Below are positions 21,274 through 30,648 of a stretch of 64,000 nucleotides of DNA, in pieces (positions within the stretch are counted from its first letter, which is position 1; each line of letters starts with the position of its first letter). The stretch is from the NCBI RefSeq assembly GCF_035511235.1, contig NZ_DATKFQ010000010.1, forward strand, positions 44,074 through 108,073, in the 5' to 3' direction. The position numbers were made by a program, and so were the translations under genes. A model generated the notes under the pieces. It had not been told where the DNA came from. It made no database searches and was given only the letters and a program-made list of their open reading frames with translations. This DNA comes from Dokdonella sp. Its GTDB lineage: Bacteria; Pseudomonadota; Gammaproteobacteria; Xanthomonadales; Rhodanobacteraceae.

Positions 21274-22116
21274 ATGTTCCTACGTGTGTTCCATCGCTTT
21301 TTCCGCGCCGGCGTCTGCGCCGGCGGTCTCGCCCTGGCCTCACTGCCGGCGGCAGCCGCGCCCGAGTCCCTGCGCATCTGCGCCTCGGAGATCGAGGCGC
21401 CCTACTCGTACAAGGACGGCAGCGGCTTCGAGAACCGCATCGCCGAGATCGTCGCCCGCCAGATGGGACGCAAGGCGGACTTCGTCTGGTCGCCGCGCGC
21501 GGCGATCTACCTGGTCCGCGACGGCCTCGACAAGAACGAATGCGACGTCGTCATGGGCCTGGACAGCGGCGACGAGCGCGTGCTGACCACGCGCCCGTAC
21601 TACCGCGCCGGCTACGTGTTCGTGACGCGCGCCGACCGCGACCTCTCGATCGACACCTGGAACGATCCGCGGCTCAAGCAGATGAACTCGATCGCGATGG
21701 GCTATGCCTCGTCGGCCGAGGCGATGATCAAGAAGATCGGCAAGTACGAGGACAACGCCAACTACGTCTACTCGCTGACCGACTTCAAGTCGCGGCGCAA
21801 CCAGTACATCCGCGTCGATCCGGCGCGCATGGTCAACGAGGTCGCGCAGGGCAAGGCCGACCTCGCGATCGCGTTCGCGCCGGAGGTCGCCCGCTACGTC
21901 AAGTCGTCCACGGTGCCGCTGAAGATGCAGCGCGTGCCGGCCGACGACACCGGCAGCGGCGAGCCGATCCCGTTCCAGTTCGACCAGTCGATGGCGGTGC
22001 GCAAGAACGACCGCGCCCTGCTCGACGCGCTCAACGCCGCCCTCGCGGCCGCGGCACCGCAAATCCAGAAAGTGCTCAGTGACGAAGGCATACCGGTCGT
22101 TCCGGCTGCTTCCTGA
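21274..22116 (+). CDS. mxaJ: MxaJ periplasmic binding-protein-like MDH accessory
   Basis: LRICASEIEAPYS...GFENRIA, PYYRAGYVFV. Position directly after mxaF. Confidence 0.93.
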   Translation: MFLRVFHRFFRAGVCAGGLALASLPAAAAPESLRICASEIEAPYSYKDGSGFENRIAEIVARQMGRKADFVWSPRAAIYLVRDGLDKNECDVVMGLDSGDERVLTTRPYYRAGYVFVTRADRDLSIDTWNDPRLKQMNSIAMGYASSAEAMIKKIGKYEDNANYVYSLTDFKSRRNQYIRVDPARMVNEVAQGKADLAIAFAPEVARYVKSSTVPLKMQRVPADDTGSGEPIPFQFDQSMAVRKNDRALLDALNAALAAAAPQIQKVLSDEGIPVVPAAS

Positions 22117-22163
22117 GATCGCTTGTGACCCCAGGCCACCCGGACCACCCAGATAGGTAGACG

Positions 22164-22724
22164 ATGAAGAAAACCCCGCGAATCGCCGGCGTGCTGAGCC
22201 TCGCCGTCCTGTCGTGTGCCGCAGCGGCGGCACAGGCGCAGATCACCTTCCGCAACGTGACCGATGGATCGGCGCTGGACCTGTCCAATGCACGCGAGGA
22301 AGATCGCGACACGCCCGGCGTCAAGCAGTTCCTCGAGACCGGAAGGAACCCTTACAACAGCAAGCCGGCCTGCCTCAAGAAGGGCGAGAACCTGATGCTG
22401 ACGGCCTGTTCGGCCTGCCACGGCCACTATGCCGAGGGCAAGATCGGCCCGTCGCTGACCGACGACTACTGGACCTACCCGGAAGGCAAGACCGACGAGG
22501 GCCTGTTCTCGATCATCTTCGGCGGCGCGCGCGCGCAGATGGGACCGCAGTACCTGTCGCTGACGCTCGACGAGATGCTGCAGGTGATGGCCTGGGTGCG
22601 CCACATCTACCACGGCCCGGCCGAGGCGGCCGACTGGATGAGCGAGGAGGAACGCAAGGCCTATGTACCCTGGTCTCCGGACCAGAAGCTCGAGGTTCCG
22701 GACGGCGCGGTCTGCGCGCCTTGA
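22164..22724 (+). CDS. mxaG: Cytochrome cL
   Basis: CSACHG heme motif, GKIGPSLTDDYWTYP, GGARAQMGPQ. Confidence 0.95.
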   Translation: MKKTPRIAGVLSLAVLSCAAAAAQAQITFRNVTDGSALDLSNAREEDRDTPGVKQFLETGRNPYNSKPACLKKGENLMLTACSACHGHYAEGKIGPSLTDDYWTYPEGKTDEGLFSIIFGGARAQMGPQYLSLTLDEMLQVMAWVRHIYHGPAEAADWMSEEERKAYVPWSPDQKLEVPDGAVCAP

Positions 22725-22732
22725 CGGAGCCT

Positions 22733-22757
22733 GCCGTGCCGAGCCGATCGGCACGGC
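22733..22757 (+). other. Intergenic hairpin after mxaG
   Basis: GCCGTGCCGA-GCCGA-TCGGCACGGC, 10-bp stem. Confidence 0.5.
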
Positions 22758-22828
22758 GCTGCGACGGACGCCGCCGGACGCGCCGGCGGACCCATGATGG
22801 TTCCACTGCACCACACCGAGGAGCGAAG

Positions 22829-23140
22829 ATGAAATCGAACACCGCACGCATGCGCATTCCGCTGTCCCTGCTCGCGATCGGCGTCGCCGCCCTGTGCGGC
22901 GGCCAGGCACTGGCCTACGACGGCACCAAGTGCAAGGAAGCCGGCAACTGCTGGGAGCCCAAGCCGGGCTATCCGGAAAAAGTCGCCGGCTCCAAGTACG
23001 ACCCGAAGCACAATCCGAACGAGCTCAACAAGCAGTCGGTGTCGCTCGCCGCGATGGAGGCGCGCAACGCCCAGCGCGTCGCGAACTTCAAGAAGACCGG
23101 CAAGTTCGAGTACGACGTCGCCAAGCTGCCCAAGCCGTGA
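22829..23140 (+). CDS. mxaI: Methanol dehydrogenase small subunit
   Basis: YDGTKCKEAGNCWEPKPGYPEKVAGSKYDPKH signature. GAGGAG RBS. Confidence 0.97.
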   Translation: MKSNTARMRIPLSLLAIGVAALCGGQALAYDGTKCKEAGNCWEPKPGYPEKVAGSKYDPKHNPNELNKQSVSLAAMEARNAQRVANFKKTGKFEYDVAKLPKP

Positions 23141-23145
23141 CCCGC

Positions 23146-23182
23146 GCGGCCGCCCGACCGCTGTGCCGGCACGGGCGGCCGC
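23146..23182 (+). other. Intergenic hairpin after mxaI
   Basis: GCGGCCGCCCG...CGGGCGGCCGC, 11-bp stem. Confidence 0.5.
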
Positions 23183-23261
23183 CGCGACGCGCCACCGCCG
23201 CCCGCGCAGCCGCGCGGGCGCGCGCTGCCGGGACGACCTCTGCTGCGACGACGACTGCTTC

Positions 23262-24305
23262 GTGAATATCCCATCGGTTTCCGCGTCACCCGCGCCCCCG
23301 GACCTGGACGCCTGGCGCGAACGCGCGCTCGGCTTCGAACGCGAGATCGCACGCGCCGTCGTCGGCCAGGCGCCGGCGCTGCGCCTGCTGACGATCGCGG
23401 TGTTCGCGCGCGGCCATGTGCTGCTCGAGGGCGACGTCGGCGTCGGCAAGACCACGCTGCTGCAGGCCGCCGCGCGCGCGATCGGCGGCGACTACGGCCG
23501 CATCGAGGGCACGATCGACCTGATGCCGGCCGATCTGGTCTATCACACCTCGCTCGACGAGCACGGCCGTCCGCGCGTGGAGCCGGGGCCGGTGCTGCGC
23601 CACGGCGAGCGCCTGGCGGTGTTCTTCTTCAACGAGATCAACCGCGCGCGGCCGCAGGTGCATTCGCTGCTGCTGCGCCTGATGGCCGAGCGCAGCCTGT
23701 CGGCGTTCAATCGCGAATACGCCTTCCCGTATCTGCAGGTATTCGCCGACCGCAACCAGGTCGAGCGCGAGGAAACCTTCGAACTGCCGGCGGCGGCACG
23801 CGACCGCTTCTTCATGGAGATCGCGATCGCCACGCCTGCCGATCCGGACGTGCGCCGCGACCTGATCTTCGATCCGCGCTACCACGACGTCGCGGCGCTG
23901 GTCGAGGCGGTGACGCCGGGCGTGCTCGATCCGGCCCGGCTCGACGCGGTGGCGCGGGCGATCCAGCAGCACGTTCGCGCCAGCGACCGCCTGCAGCGCT
24001 ACGTCGAGGCCCTGTGGACGGCGGTGCGCGATCCGGCGCGCGCCGGCATCGGGATCGCCGACGTCGACACCGAGCGCCTGATCGCCGGCGGCGCCAGTCC
24101 GCGCGGCATGGCCTATCTGGTGCGCGCCGCGCGCGTGCGCGCCTGGCTCGAAGGCCGCGACATGCTGGTGCCCGAGGACCTGCGCGCGGTGTTCTTCGAG
24201 ACCGTCGCGCATCGCATCTTCCTCGCGCCGGTCTACGAAGCGCGCCGCGCGGCGATCCTGCCGGCGCTGTGCCGCGCCGTCTTCGAGACGGTGCCGGTGC
24301 CCTGA
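23262..24305 (+). CDS. mxaR: MoxR-family AAA+ ATPase (start uncertain)
   Basis: EGDVGVGKT, FFNEINRARP, ADRNQVEREETFELP. GTG start chosen at 23262. Confidence 0.92.
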   Translation: MNIPSVSASPAPPDLDAWRERALGFEREIARAVVGQAPALRLLTIAVFARGHVLLEGDVGVGKTTLLQAAARAIGGDYGRIEGTIDLMPADLVYHTSLDEHGRPRVEPGPVLRHGERLAVFFFNEINRARPQVHSLLLRLMAERSLSAFNREYAFPYLQVFADRNQVEREETFELPAAARDRFFMEIAIATPADPDVRRDLIFDPRYHDVAALVEAVTPGVLDPARLDAVARAIQQHVRASDRLQRYVEALWTAVRDPARAGIGIADVDTERLIAGGASPRGMAYLVRAARVRAWLEGRDMLVPEDLRAVFFETVAHRIFLAPVYEARRAAILPALCRAVFETVPVP

Positions 24306-24312
24306 ACGCCGC

Positions 24313-25191
24313 GTGGAATCCGCCGTGAGCGCCGCTGCCCGCACCGCCGACCCGGCGACCGATCAGACGGCGCTGGCCTATGCACTGCGCTGGCGCGTGC
24401 GCAGCCTGCGGCCGGGCGCGCATCGCGGCGCGGATACCGGACCGACCGGCGCGTTCCGCCGGCTCGTGCCGTTCGAGCGCAGTCCCGACGCGCGCCGTCT
24501 CGACCTGCGCGCCAGCCTGCGCGATCCGTTCGGCGGCCTCTACGTGCGCCAGTTCGAGCAGCGCAGCGCCGCCTCGGTGCAGGTCTTGATCGACACATCG
24601 GCGTCGACCGCCTTCGACGCCGGCCACGGCAGCGCGCTGTCGCGCGCGATCGCGCTGACGCGGCAGATCGCCGCTGCGGTCCGCACCTATGGCGATGCGC
24701 TGGGCCTGGTCGCCGGTGCCGCGAGCGCGCGCGCCGAGCGGCCGCCGCTGCGCGAGAGCGCCGATGCCGTGATCGAGGCGCTGCAGCGGCTCGCCCCGCA
24801 AGGCCGCGGCATCGACGCGCTGCTCGATGCGGCGCGTACGCTCGGCACGCGCCGCCGCCTGGTCTTCGTGCTGTCCGATTTCGCGTTCGCGCCGGCGACG
24901 CTCGCCACGCTGCTCGAGGCACTGGCCGCGCACGACGTGGTGCCGGTCCGGTTCGGCCACGAGGCGTGGACGCAGCTGCCGCGCTACGGCCTGGCCGAAC
25001 TCGCCGACCTGGAGACGGGCCGGCGCCGCCTGGTCTGGATCCGGCCCGGCCTGCGCGCGCGCTGGCACGCGGCCGAGGCCGCACACCGCGAGGCAGTCGC
25101 CGCGCTGTGCCGGCGCCATGGGCAGCCGCTGCTCGACCTGCCCAGCGCGCTCGACGTCGAGGCGGTCAGCCGGCATCTGCTGGAGCGATGA
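24313..25191 (+). CDS. mxaS: MxaS (DUF58/vWA-like)
   Basis: PGAHRG, DARRLDLRASLRDP, IDTSAST. Follows mxaR. Confidence 0.88.
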   Translation: MESAVSAAARTADPATDQTALAYALRWRVRSLRPGAHRGADTGPTGAFRRLVPFERSPDARRLDLRASLRDPFGGLYVRQFEQRSAASVQVLIDTSASTAFDAGHGSALSRAIALTRQIAAAVRTYGDALGLVAGAASARAERPPLRESADAVIEALQRLAPQGRGIDALLDAARTLGTRRRLVFVLSDFAFAPATLATLLEALAAHDVVPVRFGHEAWTQLPRYGLAELADLETGRRRLVWIRPGLRARWHAAEAAHREAVAALCRRHGQPLLDLPSALDVEAVSRHLLER

Positions 25192-26123
25192 GCACGATGC
25201 GCACCCTGCTCCTGCCGAACCGCCATGCCCGGCCCGCCCTGCTCTGCCTGCTGATCGCATCCGGTGCGGCCGCCGACGACGGCCCGATCCGCGAAGTGCA
25301 GCCGCTCGACGCGCGCACGGTCGGCTACACGCTCGGCGATCGCGTGCCGCGCAGCGTGCTGCTGCGCGTCGATCGCGACTGGCAGCTGCAGACCGCCGCG
25401 CTGCCGGCGCCGGGGCCGCAGACCTACTGGCTCGAGCTGCGCGCGGTCGACGTGCACGAGCGGCTGGAGCGCGACGCGCGGGTCTACCGCATCGATCTCG
25501 ACTACCAGACCTTCTATGCGCCGATCCAGGCGCTCGAACGCAGCCTGCCGGCGTTCGAGGTGACGGTCGGCCGCGGCGAGCAGACCGCGAGCGCGCGCGT
25601 GCCGCCGTTCCGCTTCACGATGTCGCCGCTGCGCGAGGTCAAGCTCAGCGCCGGCGGCGACCAGCGCGCGCCGTCCATGCTGCGCCCCGACATCGAGCCC
25701 GGCCCGCGCCCGCTGCGGCCGGCGTTCGCCGCGCTGGGCGGCGCGGTCGTCCTGGCCGCCGCATTCGCGCTGGCGCTGGCCTGGCACTACGCGCGCTGGC
25801 CATTCGGACATCGGCCGGCGCGGCCGTTCGCGCAGGCCGCGCGGCGTCTGCGCCGTCCGGCGGACTATCGCGACGCCCTGCTGACCGTGCACCGCGCGTT
25901 CGACGCGACCGCCGGCCGGCGCGTGCTGGCCGAGGACGCCGCCGCGCTGATCGAGGCGCAACCGCGCCTCGCACCGCTGGCGGCCGACATCGCGCGCTTC
26001 TTCGACGCCTCGCGCCGCGCGTTCTTCGGCAGCGGCGAACGCGAGGCGGCCGCGCTGCTGCCGACCGCGGAGCTCGCCGCGCTGGCGCGGCGGCTGGCCG
26101 CGGCCGAACGGAGACCGGCATGA
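25188..26123 (+). CDS. mxaA: MxaA Ca2+-insertion accessory protein
   Basis: GYTLGD, LDYQTFYAP, VHRAFDATAG. ATGA coupling and operon position. Confidence 0.85.
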   Translation: MSTMRTLLLPNRHARPALLCLLIASGAAADDGPIREVQPLDARTVGYTLGDRVPRSVLLRVDRDWQLQTAALPAPGPQTYWLELRAVDVHERLERDARVYRIDLDYQTFYAPIQALERSLPAFEVTVGRGEQTASARVPPFRFTMSPLREVKLSAGGDQRAPSMLRPDIEPGPRPLRPAFAALGGAVVLAAAFALALAWHYARWPFGHRPARPFAQAARRLRRPADYRDALLTVHRAFDATAGRRVLAEDAAALIEAQPRLAPLAADIARFFDASRRAFFGSGEREAAALLPTAELAALARRLAAAERRPA

Positions 26124-27139
26124 ACCCTGCCGGCGACTGGCTGCTGCTGCGGCCGCTGGCGCTGGCGCTGCTGCCGCTGGCGCTGCTGCCGTGGCTGAAC
26201 TCGGGACGCCGCATCTCGGCCTGGCCGTGGTCCGGCACGCTGCCGGTCGATCCGGCCTCGACCGGGCTCGATCGCGCTCTGCGCCTGCTCGCCTCGGCGG
26301 CGATCGCGGCCTTCGTGCTGGCGCTGGCCGGACCGGGCCTGCGCGGCCAGCAGGTCGAGCGCGTCAGCACCGGCGCGCGCGTGGCGATGGTGATCGACCG
26401 CAGCGGCAGCATGAACAGCACGTTCGCCGGCCGCGCACCGGACGGCGGCGAGGAATCCAAGGCCGCCGCCGCGCGCCGTCTGCTCAAGGCGTTCGTGACG
26501 CGCCGCGAACACGACCGCGTCGGCATCGTCGCGTTCTCGACCTCGCCGATGTTCGTGCTGCCGATGACCGATCGCCACGCCGCGGTCCATGCCGCGATCG
26601 ACGCGATCGACCAGCCCGGACTGGCCTATACCGACGTCGCACGCGGCCTGGCGATGGCGTTCGACCTGTTCGACGCGCGCGACCCGATCGCCTCGCAGGC
26701 GATCGTGCTGGTCTCCGACGGCGCGGCCGTGATCGACCGGCGCGTACAGGAGAAGCTGCGCGCGGCGTTCGCGGCGCGGCCGCTGCACCTGTACTGGCTG
26801 TTCCTGCGTACCGAGCGCAGTCCCGGCCTGTTCGAGGCGCCGGCCGATCCGCGCGATGACACGCCGCAGCGCATGCCCGAGCGCCATCTGCACCGGTTCT
26901 TCGAATCGCTCGGCGTGCCGTACCGCGCCTTCGAGGCCGACAGCGCGGCCGAGCTGGCCGCCGCGATCGCGGCGATCGACCAGGCCGAACGCGGCGAGGT
27001 GCGCTGGCTGGAGGCCTTGCCGCAGCGCGACCTGTCGGCGTTCGCGTTCGCGCTGGCCGCACTGGCCTGCCTGCTGCTGGCGATCGCCAAGCGCTTGGAA
27101 GTGCGGATCGGTCCCCCGCTGCCGGTGCTGCGGCCATGA
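26120..27139 (+). CDS. mxaC: MxaC vWA-domain protein
   Basis: DRSGSM MIDAS motif, VLVSDG, LYWLFLR, MPERHLHRFF. Confidence 0.88.
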   Translation: MNPAGDWLLLRPLALALLPLALLPWLNSGRRISAWPWSGTLPVDPASTGLDRALRLLASAAIAAFVLALAGPGLRGQQVERVSTGARVAMVIDRSGSMNSTFAGRAPDGGEESKAAAARRLLKAFVTRREHDRVGIVAFSTSPMFVLPMTDRHAAVHAAIDAIDQPGLAYTDVARGLAMAFDLFDARDPIASQAIVLVSDGAAVIDRRVQEKLRAAFAARPLHLYWLFLRTERSPGLFEAPADPRDDTPQRMPERHLHRFFESLGVPYRAFEADSAAELAAAIAAIDQAERGEVRWLEALPQRDLSAFAFALAALACLLLAIAKRLEVRIGPPLPVLRP

Positions 27140-27714
27140 CGCGCGCACTGCCGACCCGCCTGCGTGCCTGGACGCCGGCCCTGCTCTGGACCGGACTGGC
27201 GCTCGGCCTCGCTGCGGTCGCGGCCAGCGCCGCGCTGCTGCTGCTGCGTCTGCACGACAACCGCCGCATCGCCGCGCTGGCCGAGGGCCGCGACGTCGAG
27301 ATCGGCGAGGACGCCTCGCCCGCGCTGACGTTCGCGCGCGCGCACTACCTGCTCGTGCGCGACCGGCTCGACGACGCGCGCGCACCGACCGAACGCCTCG
27401 CGCACGGCAGCGCCCGGCGGTTCGCGTTCGCGGCGCTCTACGACAAGGGCAATGCGCATCTGCGCCGCGCGCTCGAGATCGTCGACGCGCACCGCTACGA
27501 CGACACGATCGCCCAGGTCAATCTCGCCAAGGAGCACTATCTGCGCGCGCTGCGCCTCGATCCCGGCGACTGGGATGCCAAGTACAACCTCGACGTGGCG
27601 ATGCGGCTGGTCCGCGACTTCCCGGACGGCGAAGCGGAAGGCGACGAGGAACCGCCCGAGCAGCCCGACCGCCTCTGGACCGACCTGCCCGGCCTGCCGC
27701 GAGGCGGACCGTGA
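27136..27714 (+). CDS. mxaK: MxaK TPR-like protein
   Basis: LYDKGNAHLR, ALRLDPGDWDAKYNLD, WTDLPGLPRGGP end. Confidence 0.88.
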   Translation: MTRALPTRLRAWTPALLWTGLALGLAAVAASAALLLLRLHDNRRIAALAEGRDVEIGEDASPALTFARAHYLLVRDRLDDARAPTERLAHGSARRFAFAALYDKGNAHLRRALEIVDAHRYDDTIAQVNLAKEHYLRALRLDPGDWDAKYNLDVAMRLVRDFPDGEAEGDEEPPEQPDRLWTDLPGLPRGGP

Positions 27715-28691
27715 GCGCGCGTGTCGACGGCCGGTTCTGGCTGCTGCTCGGCGCCGCGGTGCTCGGCATTCTCGGCGCCGCCGATCCGCAGGTCGACTAT
27801 CGGCGCCAGCGCCTCGACGCGCTGTTCGTCGTCGACATCACCGGCAGCATGAACGTGCGCGACTACCGCGCCGATGGAGCGCCGCAAAGCCGGCTCGACC
27901 ACGTCAAGACCGCGCTGGCGGCGCTGATCGCCGACATGCCGTGCGGCTCGCGCGCCGGCGTCGGCGTGTTCGCCGAGCGCCGCCCGTTCCTGCTGATCGC
28001 ACCGGTCGAGACCTGCGCGAACTACGCGCCGCTGGCCGGCATGCTGCAACAGCTCGACTGGCGCATGGCCTGGGAAGGCGACAGCTACGTGGCCAGCGGG
28101 CTGTACCAGTCGATCGCGCTCGCCGCCGAGTTCGACACCGACTTGGTGTTCCTCAGCGACGGCCAGGAGGCGCCGCCGCTGCACTGGAGCGGCGCCGCGC
28201 CGTTCGAGGGCGAGCCCGGCGCCGTGCATGGCCTGATCGTCGGCGTCGGCGACGTGATCCCCTCGCCGATTCCGAAATTCGACCGTGACGGCCGCGAGAG
28301 CGGCTTTCTCGGACCCGGCGACGTGGTGCAGGAAAACCGCAGCGGCACGCCGCCGCCGGACGCCGAGCGGCGCGAGGGCTGGCATCCGCGCAACGCGCCA
28401 TGGGGCGCGGCCGCGGCCACCGGCGAGGAGCACCTGTCGGCCGTGCACGAGACGCATCTGCGCGCGCTGGCCGCGGCGACCGGCCTGGGCTACGTACGGC
28501 TGACGCCGGGCCTGCGCCTCGACCGCGCATTGGCGAGCCATGCCGCGCCGCGCGCGGCCGAGGCCCGGCTGCCGCTGGCGCCGTGGTTCGCGGCGACCGC
28601 ACTGATCCTGTTGACGGCAGTCTGGCGGCCCGAACACGCCGGCCGCCGCGTCCTGCCATCGTTTTCGTTTCGACCGAGGAGACCTGCATGA
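27711..28691 (+). CDS. mxaL: MxaL vWA-domain protein
   Basis: VDITGSMNVRD, DWRMAWEGDS, FLSDGQEAPP. Confidence 0.88.
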   Translation: MSARVDGRFWLLLGAAVLGILGAADPQVDYRRQRLDALFVVDITGSMNVRDYRADGAPQSRLDHVKTALAALIADMPCGSRAGVGVFAERRPFLLIAPVETCANYAPLAGMLQQLDWRMAWEGDSYVASGLYQSIALAAEFDTDLVFLSDGQEAPPLHWSGAAPFEGEPGAVHGLIVGVGDVIPSPIPKFDRDGRESGFLGPGDVVQENRSGTPPPDAERREGWHPRNAPWGAAAATGEEHLSAVHETHLRALAAATGLGYVRLTPGLRLDRALASHAAPRAAEARLPLAPWFAATALILLTAVWRPEHAGRRVLPSFSFRPRRPA

Positions 28692-29227
28692 ACCCCCGCT
28701 TCCCCCGTTTCGCGCTGGCCGCCGCATTCGCGGCGGCGCTCACGACCGCACCGGCATGGGCGCACGGCCCGACGCCGCACAAGGCCGAGGAGACCGTGAC
28801 GATCGCGCGGCCGCCGGCCGAGGTCTGGAAGGCCGTCGCCGACTTCGACGCGCTGTCCAGGTGGAATCCCGCGGTCAGCAGCAGCGTCGCCAGCAACGGC
28901 AATACGCCCGGCTCCGAGCGCACCGTCGTGCTCGCCGGCGGCGGCGAACTGATCGACAGCCTCGACACCTACGACGCGGCCGCGATGAGCTACGGCTATC
29001 GCCTCTATCAGGAGAACGTCGAAGCGTTCCCGGTCAGCTACTACACCGCCGAGCTCAGCGTGAAGCCGGCCGACGGCGGCAGCGAGGTCGTCTGGTCGGC
29101 GCGCTACTACCGCGGCGACACGCACAACGACCCGCCGGAAAACCTCAACGACGCAGCCGCGCAGAAGGCGATCGGCGACCTGTTCCGCGCCGGGCTGGAC
29201 AATCTCAAGCGGACGCTCGAGAAATAG
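28688..29227 (+). CDS. mxaD: MxaD (SRPBCC/START-fold periplasmic protein)
   Basis: Signal peptide, AHGPTPHK, VWKAVADF, RYYRGDTHNDPP. Confidence 0.9.
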   Translation: MNPRFPRFALAAAFAAALTTAPAWAHGPTPHKAEETVTIARPPAEVWKAVADFDALSRWNPAVSSSVASNGNTPGSERTVVLAGGGELIDSLDTYDAAAMSYGYRLYQENVEAFPVSYYTAELSVKPADGGSEVVWSARYYRGDTHNDPPENLNDAAAQKAIGDLFRAGLDNLKRTLEK

Positions 29228-29289
29228 ACGCAGCGTGACACAGCCGGGGCGCGCGTCCGCGCTCGCGCCCCGCCGATCCCGCACCGATC

Positions 29290-29331
29290 CAGTATGCGAT
29301 CTCGGCGCGGTCGCGCCGAGGCTGGATACTG
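29290..29331. terminator. Hairpin between convergent mxaD and the anti-sigma-like gene
   Basis: CTCGGCGCG-GT-CGCGCCGAG core with outer CAGTAT/ATACTG arms. Confidence 0.45.
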
Positions 29332-29439
29332 CCCGCCTTCGAGATGCAGCCCCGTCGACGAGACCGGCGCGGCTCGACTCGGAAACGTGGAACGGAAACA
29401 TCGAGCCTGACGGCGGCGGCGGAAGCCGCAGCGATTCGA

Positions 29440-30003
29440 TCAGGTGCCGACCAGCCGTCGTACTGCGCGGTACTCCCGCAGCACACGTCGACGCGACAGG
29501 ACGATCAGCACCCAGGTCGCCAGCAGGCAGGCGCCCGCGACGAGGAGGAGGATCGTGCCCGCCTCATGCCACCGATCGTCCGCGAGCCACCATACGGCGG
29601 CATTGGCGGCGATGGCGTAGACGAACAATACGCCGGCAGCCGCACGGGCGAACCGAAGATCGCGCAGGCTCGTCCTCAACTGGGACAGCCGAAGTCGTGC
29701 GTAGACCTCCGCGGTCTCGGATGCATCCCACGCGCGGCGCCGCGGCGCACGCAGGATAATGGCCCAGGCAATGGGGATGTACAGCGCGAAGAACGGCAGC
29801 GTGAGCCAGTGCGCAGGCCCCATGCTTGCGCTCAGCAGCGAACGGCCGAACAGCAGCACGGCAGCCGCGGTGAGCGCCAGTTCGATGCCGCGACGCACAC
29901 GCAGCCGCATCTTCTGACGACCGACACGCCGGGTCAGATCGCGCTGGCTGGCCGATGGATGTTCGCTTTGCCAGGTGGCCTTGAGCAGATCGTCGAAGTT
30001 CAC
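29440..30003 (-). CDS. Membrane protein, putative anti-sigma factor (about 4 TM)
   Basis: GTG start overlaps the ECF stop. MNFDDLLKATWQ N-terminus followed by hydrophobic helices. Confidence 0.7.
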   Translation of the reverse strand: MNFDDLLKATWQSEHPSASQRDLTRRVGRQKMRLRVRRGIELALTAAAVLLFGRSLLSASMGPAHWLTLPFFALYIPIAWAIILRAPRRRAWDASETAEVYARLRLSQLRTSLRDLRFARAAAGVLFVYAIAANAAVWWLADDRWHEAGTILLLVAGACLLATWVLIVLSRRRVLREYRAVRRLVGT

Positions 30004-30485
30004 GGCGCATGCTCCTTTCCGTACAGGATCTTCAGCCGCGCGCGCGCGCGATTCAGACGGACGCCGACGTTCTCGACGCTGGTTCCCAGCATGGCGGCGA
30101 TCTCCTGGTAGTCGAATCCTTCCAGTTGCAGCATCAGGGGCTGCCGCTGATTGATCGGCAACGTCGCCAGCGCCTGGAACAGCCACTGCCGCTGCGCGGA
30201 GTCGATGCCGGATGCATCCGCCACGTCATGCAGGCTGCCGTCGAAGGACACCTGAATCGGTGCCCTGACTGCGGATCGGACGTGGCTCGCGCCGAGGTTG
30301 TGCGCAATCCGAAGCACGAAAGGCAGCAACATGGCCGGTTCGCGCAGGTGAGGCAGGCTCTCCCAGATCGCGAGCAGCACTTCCTGCAGGAGGTCTTCGC
30401 GCAAGGCCGGGTTGAGCTCGTAACCGCACACCGCACGCCACAGCTGCGGGTGGAAGGTCTGAACCTTGGGCCAGAGTGCGTCCAT
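30000..30485 (-). CDS. ECF RNA polymerase sigma factor
   Basis: REDLLQEVLLAIW (region 2) and LEGFDYQEIAAMLGTSVENVGVRLNRARARL (region 4). Confidence 0.93.
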   Translation of the reverse strand: MDALWPKVQTFHPQLWRAVCGYELNPALREDLLQEVLLAIWESLPHLREPAMLLPFVLRIAHNLGASHVRSAVRAPIQVSFDGSLHDVADASGIDSAQRQWLFQALATLPINQRQPLMLQLEGFDYQEIAAMLGTSVENVGVRLNRARARLKILYGKEHAP

Positions 30486-30530
30486 CGGCGTACTTCAGTG
30501 AACCGTCAAACCATGAGCGACGTCCGACTC

Positions 30531-30561
30531 CCTGAGTCGGCAAATCGCAGCCGTTTCTTAC
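30531..30561 (-). promoter_or_regulatory. ECF-type promoter driving the sigma/anti-sigma pair
   Basis: GTAAG-N17-CGACTCAGG on the - strand. Confidence 0.75.
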
Positions 30562-30585
30562 AACCATACCTTCTCTTTTTTCCAA

Positions 30586-30616
30586 GTAAGAAAACGCCCC
30601 CACGCGGCGACTCAGG
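30586..30616 (+). promoter_or_regulatory. ECF-type promoter driving the amidohydrolase operon
   Basis: GTAAG-N17-CGACTCAGG on the + strand, with the same conserved blocks and spacing as the - strand copy. Confidence 0.75.
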
Positions 30617-30648
30617 AGACCAACCCCACCGACAGGAAGGCAGGACCG

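Noticed and set aside
23163-23261. Cys/Asp-rich N-terminal extension (DDLCCDDDC) of MxaR in the ORF track
   Set aside because: It overlaps the post-mxaI hairpin and has no RBS, so it is most likely untranslated intergenic sequence.
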